From Terracidiphilus sp. (GTDB lineage Bacteria > Acidobacteriota > Terriglobia > Terriglobales > Acidobacteriaceae): 64,000 nt of DNA. Below the pieces are notes generated by a model. The model did no database searches, was not told where the DNA came from, and saw only the letters and a program-made list of their open reading frames with translations. The stretch's first letter is position 1, and each line of letters begins with the position of its first letter. The position numbers were made by a program, and so were the translations under genes. The DNA lies in contig DATKPJ010000048.1 in the NCBI GenBank assembly GCA_035524195.1, forward strand, positions 29,919 to 93,918. Direction: 5' to 3'. This document shows positions 50,036 through 58,567 of the stretch, piece by piece.

Positions 50036-51523
50036 GTGGATAAGCTTCGTAAACGGAACATTTTACTGATTCTCGCTTTTTCGTTCGCCGCCTTTGTGGT
50101 GATGGGTTATCACCCCGGCATTGAGGACGACAGCGTCTATCTTTCTGCTGTGAAAAGCGACCTGCACCCGGCGCTTTATCCCTTCGACTCCGAATTCTTC
50201 CGCGTTCAGCTCCAGGCCACCATGTTCGACAAATGGGTAGCCGGCTTCGTTCGCTTCACCCACATTCCGGTCGCGGGCACTGAGTTGCTTTGGCAGATTG
50301 CTTCCATCATCCTCATCATCGTCGGCTGCTGGAGTATCGCACGTACGCTCTTTGACGAGGACAGGGCACAATGGGCCGGTGTCGCATTCGTTGCAGCCAT
50401 GCTCACGCTTCCCGTTGCCGGTACGGCACTTTACCTCGCCGATCAGCATCTGCATCCTCGAAATCTGGCGACTGCCCTGATTCTTCTTGGCGTCTCACGG
50501 ATCATGGTGGGCAAGCGGTTGCAGGCGGTGCCGCTTTTCTTGCTGAGTTTCGTGCTGCATCCCATCATGGGAGCGCTGGGAATCTCTTTCGGGTTCTTTC
50601 TCACCATGGCGCTGCATGAACCGGTACATGTTTGGCTCCGCTCGTGGCGCACCACCTTTGCCCGCAACACCGTGGCCGCCGCCCTGCCGCTGGGTTGGAT
50701 CTTCGAACCTCCCACGCCCATCTGGCGCAAGGCCCTCAACACCCGGTCCTATATCTTCCTGTCCCGGTGGACCTGGTATGAGTGGCTCGGCGCTCTGGCG
50801 CCTCTTCTCCTCTTCTGGCTTCTCTGGCGCATCGCTCTTAAACACCGCGAAACCCGCATCGAGCGTTTTGCCCTCGCCGTCTTCGCGTACGGCGTCTTTC
50901 AACTGGCTGTCGCTGTTGTCATGCTCAGTTCGCCCGCGCTCATTCGTCTTGCCCCGCTGCAGCCGATGCGCTTCCTCCACCTCGTTTATTACTTCATGGT
51001 GTTGATCGCGGGCTGCCTCCTCGGCAAGTACTGTCTGAAACAGTCAGTCTGGCGCTGGGCTGTTTTTCTCGTCGCGATTAACGTTGGCATGTTTGCGGCT
51101 CAACAATCCCTCTACAGCAGTAGTCCACATCTCGAACTGCCGGGCCTCCGGACCGCCAATCCCTGGTTGCAGGCTTTTGCCTGGATTCGCATCAATACCC
51201 CCACCGACGCCTACTTCGCGCTCGACCCCCATTACCTCGCTGCCCCGGGCGAGGATTACCACAGCTTCCGTGCCTTGGCCGAGCGAAGCCAGCTCGCCGA
51301 CGCCATTAAAGACACGTCCGTTGTGATGCAGGTACCGGAGCTTGGCCCGGCGTGGGAGAAACAGACCGACGCCCAAGTCGGATGGAAGCACTTCCAGCTC
51401 GGTGACTTCGAACGCCTCAAAACTGAATTTGGAATAAACTGGGCGCTCGTCTCCTATCCGCAGCCCGCAGGACTGGATTGCCGCTGGCATAACGGCACCC
51501 TCGCCGTCTGCCGGATTCCATAA
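50036..51523 (+). CDS. Polytopic membrane protein, GT-C-like (DUF6798-like)
   Basis: About 10 TMs; early GYHPGIEDD acidic loop, LHPRN, QPMRFLH; C-terminal WIRINTPTDAYF...FRALAERS soluble domain. Confidence 0.6.
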   Translation: MDKLRKRNILLILAFSFAAFVVMGYHPGIEDDSVYLSAVKSDLHPALYPFDSEFFRVQLQATMFDKWVAGFVRFTHIPVAGTELLWQIASIILIIVGCWSIARTLFDEDRAQWAGVAFVAAMLTLPVAGTALYLADQHLHPRNLATALILLGVSRIMVGKRLQAVPLFLLSFVLHPIMGALGISFGFFLTMALHEPVHVWLRSWRTTFARNTVAAALPLGWIFEPPTPIWRKALNTRSYIFLSRWTWYEWLGALAPLLLFWLLWRIALKHRETRIERFALAVFAYGVFQLAVAVVMLSSPALIRLAPLQPMRFLHLVYYFMVLIAGCLLGKYCLKQSVWRWAVFLVAINVGMFAAQQSLYSSSPHLELPGLRTANPWLQAFAWIRINTPTDAYFALDPHYLAAPGEDYHSFRALAERSQLADAIKDTSVVMQVPELGPAWEKQTDAQVGWKHFQLGDFERLKTEFGINWALVSYPQPAGLDCRWHNGTLAVCRIP

Positions 51524-51817
51524 GACCATCGCCTCTCTCCCCCGCTTTACGTGCTCCAGCCATATCCGCGAAAATGGTAGGAGGTACCAGGCTATTGCAG
51601 ATTCAGGGAACGGTCGGACCGCAGAGCTTTTCCCGGCAGGCAACACGAAACGCTTTCATTCCGAATCTTTCACCGAGATGCCGCTGCTCTCGGCCGCCCC
51701 TCGAGTTGAATTTTGCCGGCAGGATTCCAACGTTCAAACCGGAACCGGCCGCTTACCGAATGAGATAAGATGCAATTCCTGGTTTCCAGATGAAATTGCC
51801 GGCGCGGGGCCCGCTCC

Positions 51818-53224
51818 ATGCTGAACTTTGCGCAACGCCTCATCCTTGGCTGTTTGCTTCTCGCCGCCCTCACTGTGGGCCTGGCGCTGGTCACCCGCCA
51901 TGCGCTCGCCGCAGCCGGAGACTGGGGTCCGGCCATTCTTTTCTGCCTTCTGTCGCTCCTGGTTGCCGCCGCCACCATCTTCTCCGTCCTGCAGCCGATC
52001 CACATGCTCGCTCGCGACGCAAAAAACATCGCGCAGGGCAACCTGGAGCACCGCGTCGAGTGGAGCAGCCACGACGACTTTGGCGTGATCGCCGGCGAAT
52101 TGAACCGCATCGCTGTCAGAATGCGCGATCTGCGCGACTCCGAGGCGGGCCGCAAGCAGATGGAATTCCAGCTTTCCGATGCCGTTCTGCAATCCATCTT
52201 CGAACCCATCATCGTCACCGACGCCAAAGGCCACATTCTCAAAGTTAACCAGGCTGCCGCAGAAATGCTGGGAGACGCCGCTTCCGACCGCATGGCGCTC
52301 AGCAGCACGCCCGGAGGCGACAAGATTCTCAACGCCATCCGCGACGCCGTCGCCATGCAGAAAGCCGTGGGTACCGAAGATGAAGCTTCCTTGCTTCCTA
52401 TGCGCATCGGCAAGCAGGAGCGCAGTTATCGCCTGCGAACGACACCCATGCGCGACGCCGAGGGCCGTCTCCTGGGTGCCGTAACCACCCTCGAAGACGT
52501 CACTACGCTGCAGGACACCGACCGCTTCAAGACCCAGTTCATCACCGTCGCCAGCCGCAAGCTGCGCGGTCCTCTGCTGCAACTGCGCCGCGGCATTTAC
52601 GCCCTCAGCCAGGGGTTCGGAGGAGTTTTGCAGCCTCTCCAGGCCGAGCTCGTCGCGGCCGCGAGCAGCGAATCAGAAAAACTCGACGAGCTCATGTCGG
52701 ACCTCATTGACGTGGCCGAACTCGATACCGGCAAGCGCGAGATGCATTTCGAGCAGCTCCGCCCCCTCACAATTCTCGACAAAGCCCGTGACCGCTACAT
52801 CGACCAGGCCGCCGAAAAGCAAATCCGCATTGAGGTGCGCGCCTTCGCCGATCTCTCCGCCGTCAACGCTGACCGCCGCGCCGTCCGTTCTATCTTCGAC
52901 AATCTCATTTCCAATGCCCTGCGCTACACGCCGCCCGACGGCGAAATCCTTCTCGCCGCCGAAGAGATCAAGAACTTCGTCCAGTTCTCCGTGCACGATA
53001 CAGGCCGCGGCATTGAGGCCGAACGGCTCAGCAATATCTTCGATCGCTTCAACGCATTCTCCGACACCGGCACAGGTCTTGGTCTCGCTCTCGTGCGTCG
53101 CCTGGTCGAATCCATGGGCGGACAAATCGCCGTTGAAAGCCGTCTCGGCCATGGAGCTACCTTCCGCTTCACTCTTCCTGTCGCGGTTGCAGACAGCCTT
53201 CATCATCCGGTCGAGGTGGGCTGA
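51818..53224 (+). CDS. Membrane HAMP-PAS-HisKA-HATPase protein lacking the phospho-acceptor His (pseudo-histidine kinase)
   Basis: Two TMs, HAMP, PAS (IFEPIIVTDAKG), H-box ASRKLRGPL, intact N (NLISNALRY), G1 (DTGRGI), F and G2 (GTGLGL) boxes. Confidence 0.88.
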   Translation: MLNFAQRLILGCLLLAALTVGLALVTRHALAAAGDWGPAILFCLLSLLVAAATIFSVLQPIHMLARDAKNIAQGNLEHRVEWSSHDDFGVIAGELNRIAVRMRDLRDSEAGRKQMEFQLSDAVLQSIFEPIIVTDAKGHILKVNQAAAEMLGDAASDRMALSSTPGGDKILNAIRDAVAMQKAVGTEDEASLLPMRIGKQERSYRLRTTPMRDAEGRLLGAVTTLEDVTTLQDTDRFKTQFITVASRKLRGPLLQLRRGIYALSQGFGGVLQPLQAELVAAASSESEKLDELMSDLIDVAELDTGKREMHFEQLRPLTILDKARDRYIDQAAEKQIRIEVRAFADLSAVNADRRAVRSIFDNLISNALRYTPPDGEILLAAEEIKNFVQFSVHDTGRGIEAERLSNIFDRFNAFSDTGTGLGLALVRRLVESMGGQIAVESRLGHGATFRFTLPVAVADSLHHPVEVG

Positions 53225-53226
53225 CA

Positions 53227-54351
53227 ATGCCAGAAATCCAGCTCGAACGGCAGCAGGAACCGGCCAGGCTTCGCGTCTATATCGGCGCCGCTCCGGGCGT
53301 CGGCAAAACCTATCACATGCTCAGCGACGCCCACATCAAGCGCAAGCAGGGCGTTGACGTTGTCATCGGCCTTGTCGAATCTCATGGCCGCAAAGAAACC
53401 GCCGAACAGGTCGGCGACCTTGAAATCGTGCCACAGCGTGTGATTCCCTATCGCGGCGTCGAGCTCAAGGAGATGGACGTCGACGCCATCCTCGCCCGCC
53501 ATCCTCACACCGTCATCGTGGATGAGCTGGCGCACACCAACGTTCCCGGAAGCAAGCACCGCAAACGCTACGAGGACGTGATCGAGCTGCTCGACGCCGG
53601 CATCAACGTCATGACGGCCGTCAATATCCAGCATCTTGAAACCCTCAACGACGCCGTCAATCGCTCCGCCAACACCGTCATCCGCGAGACCGTTCCCGAC
53701 AGCTTCCTGAAGCGCGCCGACGAAGTCGTCAACGTCGACGTCACTGTAGAAGAACTCCGCTCCCGCCTGCGCGAAGGCAAGATCTATGCCCCCGAAAAGG
53801 TCGAGCAGTCACTGGCAAACTTCTTTCGCAAGGGCAATCTGAATCTGCTTCGCGAACTTTCTTTGCGCACCACCGCCGAGCAGGTGGGCAACCGCGCATC
53901 GGAGTATCGCCGCAACCAGGGCCTCGAACAGGCGCCCATCCCGGAAAAAGTCATGGTGTGCCTCAGCACCCGGCCCGGTACCGAACGCCTTCTCCGTGTT
54001 GGCGCACGCATCGCCGGCCGTCTGGCTACAAACTGGTACGCCGTCTACGTCATCCGACCCAACGCCGACAAGGGTCACGGCGATCCTGAAGCCTTTCATC
54101 GCCTCGAAGAATACGAGCGCATGGCGCGTGACCTCGGCGCCCAGGTCATCACCCTCCACGAAAGCAACGTCTCCGATGCGCTCATTCGCTTCGCTCAGCA
54201 GGAAAGCATCTCGCACGTCGTGTTCGGCCAGTCTGCCCGTTCCCGCTGGGATATTCTCCTGCGCGGCTCGGTGCTCAATCGCTTCCTTTCTGAAGTTCGC
54301 GACGTCACCGTGCAGGTGGTCCCCATGCAAAAACCCGTGCGCCGTCCCTGA
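53227..54351 (+). CDS. Stand-alone KdpD N-terminal domain + Usp domain protein
   Basis: LRVYIGAAPGVGKTYHML, VDELAHTN, KRYEDV, NIQHLETLND, NFF...NL..LRE, then Usp (VMVCLS...VVFGQS); no TM or HisKA. Confidence 0.93.
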   Translation: MPEIQLERQQEPARLRVYIGAAPGVGKTYHMLSDAHIKRKQGVDVVIGLVESHGRKETAEQVGDLEIVPQRVIPYRGVELKEMDVDAILARHPHTVIVDELAHTNVPGSKHRKRYEDVIELLDAGINVMTAVNIQHLETLNDAVNRSANTVIRETVPDSFLKRADEVVNVDVTVEELRSRLREGKIYAPEKVEQSLANFFRKGNLNLLRELSLRTTAEQVGNRASEYRRNQGLEQAPIPEKVMVCLSTRPGTERLLRVGARIAGRLATNWYAVYVIRPNADKGHGDPEAFHRLEEYERMARDLGAQVITLHESNVSDALIRFAQQESISHVVFGQSARSRWDILLRGSVLNRFLSEVRDVTVQVVPMQKPVRRP

Positions 54352-54401
54352 CGCGAAGTTCTCGTGGGGGGCTGAATCCTGCCCCAATCCTCGTTCTCGA
54401 C

Positions 54402-55070
54402 CTACTTCGTCATCGAAATTTCAAAACCCAGCGCGCTCTCGGTGATTTCTACGCGGCTGAACTCCGTCTGCGCCAGCATCTGCTCAAACTCCTCTTTCGT
54501 GTAGGCACTCTTCAACAGCATCGTCTTGAACGCCAGCTTGGTCAGGATCCTGTTCACCGCGGTCAATCCCATTCCGTCCACTTCCCTGCTGATTTCTCTC
54601 GGCGAGGCATTGCGCTTGAGGTCGATAATCAGGCCGCGCCCGCCCGGTTTCAGCACTCGGCACATCTCCCGCAGCGCACCCACCGGATCGGCAAAATTCT
54701 TGAACGCCGCGCGGCAAAGCAGAAAATCAAATTGGTTGCACTGCAACGGCATTTTCGATGCTGAGCCCTGCTTGAAATCCACCTTGACACCGGCCTCCAG
54801 GGCTTTCTTTGCTGCGATCCTCACAAACGTGTGGCTTAGATCGAGACCGGTGATCGCATACTTTCCAAGTTTGGCGAGCTCGATCGAGAAATAGCCCGGC
54901 CCCGGAGCGACTTCAAGCACCCGGCTTCCCTGCAGCAGTTCATTCGCAGTCCGGCGCGCCAGCGCGATATATTCCTTCATCATTTCTGCGGTATTCGCCG
55001 CATACCACTTCGCGACGATCCCTTCCATTCCCCGGTCTGCATGCGGCTTGTGCATGGCGATCGTTGTCAT
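54402..55070 (-). CDS. Class I SAM-dependent methyltransferase
   Basis: VLEVAPGPG, GLDLS, GSASKMP, RVLKPGG; AAGGAG RBS before ATG 55070. Confidence 0.92.
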   Translation of the reverse strand: MTTIAMHKPHADRGMEGIVAKWYAANTAEMMKEYIALARRTANELLQGSRVLEVAPGPGYFSIELAKLGKYAITGLDLSHTFVRIAAKKALEAGVKVDFKQGSASKMPLQCNQFDFLLCRAAFKNFADPVGALREMCRVLKPGGRGLIIDLKRNASPREISREVDGMGLTAVNRILTKLAFKTMLLKSAYTKEEFEQMLAQTEFSRVEITESALGFEISMTK

Positions 55071-55203
55071 CTCAGTTCTCCTTTTTCGGGCGTATTTCGC
55101 CCCTTGGCACCCAGCACTGCCTCTGGGCACTGGTTCACTTTCGGATGTTTGGGATTGATGTTTGCTGCCGATCCGGCCTGCGTCCTTTTCTCTGTCCCCC
55201 GGT

Positions 55204-55680
55204 CTACTCGCAGAACACCTTCACCTTCGTCTTGTTTCCGTCCTGGCCGTCAACGTCCACCGTCAGGTCGTCAAGGTGGTCGATCAGCTCTTCAAGATTC
55301 TCCGGCTTGATCTGCGAGAGCGTAATGGGAACTCCATGCCGGCTGAACGCCTCATCCAACTGGTCGTGCGCCTGCGCTGGAATCAGGCTTGCAAGCCGCA
55401 CTCCTGCGCGCAGCAGCTGCATCGGCACCCGCACGTTTACGGTTGTCAGGCCTTTGTTCCCGGTCATCGATTCATCGGCTTCAACCAGCACGCGCAGATA
55501 TTTCGCTCGCGTCTGTCTAGCCGAATTCCTGTCCCCTTCGGGTCCGTTGGTTCGCGGCCCGCGCGAATCCCCAGACGCCCTCCCATCCGGCTCCAGGGCG
55601 ACAAGCAGGCGCTCAGCCTCATCCGCGGTAATCTTTCCCGCGGCCAACATTTCCAGAATTTGACGCCGATTCTCGTTCAT
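55204..55680 (-). CDS. SHOCT-like domain protein (YvlB/LiaX-type N-terminus)
   Basis: MNENRRQILEMLAAGKITADEAERLL; KYLRVLV...VNVRVP; ATGA overlap with the upstream gene. Confidence 0.8.
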   Translation of the reverse strand: MNENRRQILEMLAAGKITADEAERLLVALEPDGRASGDSRGPRTNGPEGDRNSARQTRAKYLRVLVEADESMTGNKGLTTVNVRVPMQLLRAGVRLASLIPAQAHDQLDEAFSRHGVPITLSQIKPENLEELIDHLDDLTVDVDGQDGNKTKVKVFCE

Positions 55681-55949
55681 AATCCCCCTCCCAGCAACCT
55701 CGTAATAATGGCAAGCGCATGATGGCCGGCAGCAAACAATCCGGGCGTCAGCGAGTGAATCGTGTGCGCAAGTCCCGCAGCAATCTCGTGCAGTTCGGGA
55801 AGCGCCAACCATGCAATCGCAAAACCGACCGCAACTCTCAGAATGGCTTCATCGGAATCCGGTCCCATCGCCAGGAGCCGTTCGGCCTCGTGGGGCGTAA
55901 TGCGCCCCATCGCAGTCAACCACAAAATCGTTCGACGATCGGAATTCAT
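55677..55949 (-). CDS. Small SHOCT-like + hydrophobic protein (90 aa)
   Basis: MNSDRRTILWLTAMGRITPHEAERLL then a hydrophobic helix; GAGG RBS; stop overlaps next start. Confidence 0.7.
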   Translation of the reverse strand: MNSDRRTILWLTAMGRITPHEAERLLAMGPDSDEAILRVAVGFAIAWLALPELHEIAAGLAHTIHSLTPGLFAAGHHALAIITRLLGGGL

Positions 55950-55957
55950 GGCACACC

Positions 55958-56218
55958 TCACAGAATGCGAACCGTCACGCGGTTCCCGTCCGCACACACA
56001 CGGACATCGGTTCCCGGCAAACTGCAGGTGATTGCCCAGAATGTCGTCATCGCCTGCCACGGGTTGATCCGGCCAACCAGGCATACGCCCAGCACAAGCA
56101 GAAGAATCAGCGGCGACAGCAGCACGAGCGGAATCCACAGCAAAAACAACGGCAGCCAAAGCCGGATCGCCCGCCATCGCGGATATTCGACATAGACAAC
56201 GGCGATATTCGGAGTCAT
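55958..56218 (-). CDS. Small membrane protein (86 aa)
   Basis: IRLWLPLFLLWIPLVLL hydrophobic hairpin; ATGA overlap with the DUF2089 stop. Confidence 0.72.
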   Translation of the reverse strand: MTPNIAVVYVEYPRWRAIRLWLPLFLLWIPLVLLSPLILLLVLGVCLVGRINPWQAMTTFWAITCSLPGTDVRVCADGNRVTVRIL

Positions 56219-56601
56219 TTCAGGGCCTCCAATTCGCGGATCGCGTCGGAGGCCGAAATCTCGCCGCTCTTCAGCCGCTCCAGCACCTCCGTCCGCGACG
56301 GAGACGGATTGGTCTCGACAAACTCCAGCTGCCCGGCAATCCGGTTCAGGCGCGCCTTGATCGTCGGATAGCTCACCCCAAACACCTGCTCCATCTCCTT
56401 GATCGAGCCGTGAGACCGCAGAAACGCGGCGATGAAAACCTGGTCCTCCAAGCTCAGCCGTGCCAGTTCCGGCAGCGTAAACGTGCCCTCAATGGCAATC
56501 TGCTTCTCCGGGATCCGGACCCGCTCGATCACCAACTCGGCGCCCTGTGCGATTCGCAATAGTTCCTGCCAGTCAGAAGCCGTCTTGAGGTTCTCATCCA
56601 T
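56215..56601 (-). CDS. DUF2089 family HTH protein with C-terminal SHOCT-like domain
   Basis: IEGTF..PELARLS.EDQVF...GSIKEMEQVFGVSYPTIKARLNRI; RTEVLERLKSGEISASDAIREL. Confidence 0.88.
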   Translation of the reverse strand: MDENLKTASDWQELLRIAQGAELVIERVRIPEKQIAIEGTFTLPELARLSLEDQVFIAAFLRSHGSIKEMEQVFGVSYPTIKARLNRIAGQLEFVETNPSPSRTEVLERLKSGEISASDAIRELEALK

Positions 56602-56635
56602 GAGGCGCCATCCTCGTTTCTGAACTACACGAGAG

Positions 56636-56664
56636 ACAATACTAAATATTTTCAATCTTTGCAA
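56636..56664 (-). promoter_or_regulatory. Putative sigma70 promoter of the DUF2089 operon
   Basis: Minus strand TTGCAA-17 nt-TATTGT, with AT-rich inverted repeat ATAAAA-atgaa-TTTTAT just upstream. Confidence 0.55.
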
Positions 56665-56946
56665 GTATAAAAATGAATTTTATTAATCTAGTTTCAAATA
56701 CCAGAAAATGCGGCGAACATGCCCACCTTCCCGCCACACGCCACATCAAACCCTCCCAGGTTCATGCGCCGCAGGCTAAACCATCGAGTCAACTGGAAAG
56801 ACAGCATTCGATGCCTCTCATCGACTCCTCATCTGCGGACCAATTCGGCCGGCTTCAAGCCACTTGTTTCCCCTCGGAGGCGCAATAAAGTCCAATCGAA
56901 TCAGGGGCTTCTTGTTTGGCATCTTGCGTGCTGTTAGTTTTTCACG

Positions 56947-58149
56947 ATGAATTTGATGAGGCGTGACAAATACAAAAGCTGTCGAAGCTCTAAATCCACT
57001 CTCAAGGCGCTCGCACGTTTCGCCAATCCAGTTCCCCCTTCAGGAGAACGGCCGCGCGTTCTCCTGGCCGAGGACGATGAAGCGGTTCGCTGTATGCTGC
57101 TTGCCTGGCTCGAAGCCTGGGGTTATTCGGTTGTTACTGCGGAGAATGGAGAGATTGCCTGGAAGATTCTGATGCAGGAGGAATCTCCAGAGCTTTTGAT
57201 CGTTGATTGGATGATGCCTGGAATCGACGGGGTCGAATTGTGTCGCAGGGTGCGGCAGGTGGAGTCCAAGTCTTACCGTTACATCTTATTGATTACCGGC
57301 AGGAATAACAAAGAAGATGTCGCTTGTGCATTGGAGTCCGGCGCAGACGATTACCTCGCCAAGCCCTTCGATGTGGTGGATTTGCGATCCAGGCTTACGG
57401 TCGCAACTCGCATCCTCTCTGTTCAGGATGATCTGATTAAAGCTCGGGATCGTCTGCGAGACCAAGCGACAGTGGATGGTTTAACCGGCGTTTGGAACAG
57501 AGCAGCGTTTCTTGACTTGTTCCGCGGGGAGCTTGATCGTGCGGCTCGCACCAGAACAATGACCGGTCTCCTGATGCTTGATTTGGACCATTTCAAGAAA
57601 GTGAATGACACCTATGGCCATGCCGCCGGTGATGCCGTGCTGAAAGAGACGGCGACGCGCCTCAGGGGTGCTCTGCGGTCCTATGATTTTCTTGGCCGTT
57701 ACGGAGGTGAGGAGTTTTTCATCGCACTTCCAAATGCCAGCAGAAGTCAACTCTGCGAAATAGCGGAGAGGGTCCGACACTCGGTCGTTACCGAACCGGT
57801 TCTTTACGGAAACATTGAAATCGCAATCAGCCTGAGCATCGGCGCAGTTGAGGTGATGCCGAGCGAGAGATCTGCTCTCGAAGCGATTGCCATCGCCGAT
57901 GTTGGTCTGTATCACGCGAAGAACGCAGGACGAAACTGCACCGTCTGCTGTCAGAGATCCTGGCAGGAGCTACTGCAATCGAAGGACTCGAATCTCGCCT
58001 TCTGCCAAGAGTGTGAGCTTGAACAAGTAAAACAGTGCATAGTCTCGGTTCCAGGGCACAGTCCTAAGCGCTCAATCGAAGTGAGTGAACCTTGGATCAT
58101 GTACCCCTCCATGGGGGAAGTCGATTCGAGAAAAGTGATTGGAGCCTAG
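56947..58149 (+). CDS. Response-regulator diguanylate cyclase (REC-GGDEF) with Cys-rich tail
   Basis: VLLAEDD, VDWMMPG, KP; DGLTG, DLDHFKKVNDTYGH, I-site RSYD, GGEEF. Confidence 0.92.
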   Translation: MNLMRRDKYKSCRSSKSTLKALARFANPVPPSGERPRVLLAEDDEAVRCMLLAWLEAWGYSVVTAENGEIAWKILMQEESPELLIVDWMMPGIDGVELCRRVRQVESKSYRYILLITGRNNKEDVACALESGADDYLAKPFDVVDLRSRLTVATRILSVQDDLIKARDRLRDQATVDGLTGVWNRAAFLDLFRGELDRAARTRTMTGLLMLDLDHFKKVNDTYGHAAGDAVLKETATRLRGALRSYDFLGRYGGEEFFIALPNASRSQLCEIAERVRHSVVTEPVLYGNIEIAISLSIGAVEVMPSERSALEAIAIADVGLYHAKNAGRNCTVCCQRSWQELLQSKDSNLAFCQECELEQVKQCIVSVPGHSPKRSIEVSEPWIMYPSMGEVDSRKVIGA

Positions 58150-58374
58150 ATTCAAGAGTGAGCGTCATCGTCGCTCGTAGGGGACTCCCGGGACAACTCT
58201 TTGCGAAATTGTCAGCTATCAAAGATAGTTCCCAGTCATCTCGGATGAAGCGCACTCCGCTGTAGCCATCTTTGGCATCTTGAATTGAGCAAACTTCGGC
58301 GAAGCCTTGCTTTTCGAGGAGCGGCACTTTCAGGCTCCGTTTCAAAGCAAAATCGTCAGTTGCTTCCGCATCCT

Positions 58375-58402
58375 TGAAAAAGGAACACGAAAGTGCCGAT
58401 AT
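58375..58402 (+). promoter_or_regulatory. Putative sigma28 (FliA) promoter for the second DGC
   Basis: TGAA-16 nt-GCCGATAT, same spacing as the fliC and fliD promoters. Confidence 0.6.
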
Positions 58403-58567
58403 ACAGCTTAAAACCTGTTTCCACGAGAGCCTTGGGTTCTGTCACTCGAAACAGAACAGGAACGGACAGGCGCATGGAGTCCTACTTGAAGTGCTTTGCT
58501 CCTTTACGAGGGGCGGATTGAAATCCCATTCTCTGTTTTCCAGAAGTGAGAAAGGCCGGCATCGCCC

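Noticed and set aside
51524-51817. Possible c-di-AMP (ydaO) riboswitch upstream of the KdpD-like pair
   Set aside because: The intergenic region is long, but I could not find the conserved GCTGAA...GGGG...GTCAGCTAA elements.
55071-55203. Possible SAM/SAH riboswitch before the methyltransferase
   Set aside because: Small hairpins are present, but there is no match to SAM-I/II or SAH consensus features that I can recognise.
58097-58345. 82-aa minus-strand ORF between the two DGC genes
   Set aside because: It overlaps the upstream gene end, has a TTG start with no clear RBS and no recognisable motif; at most a gene remnant.
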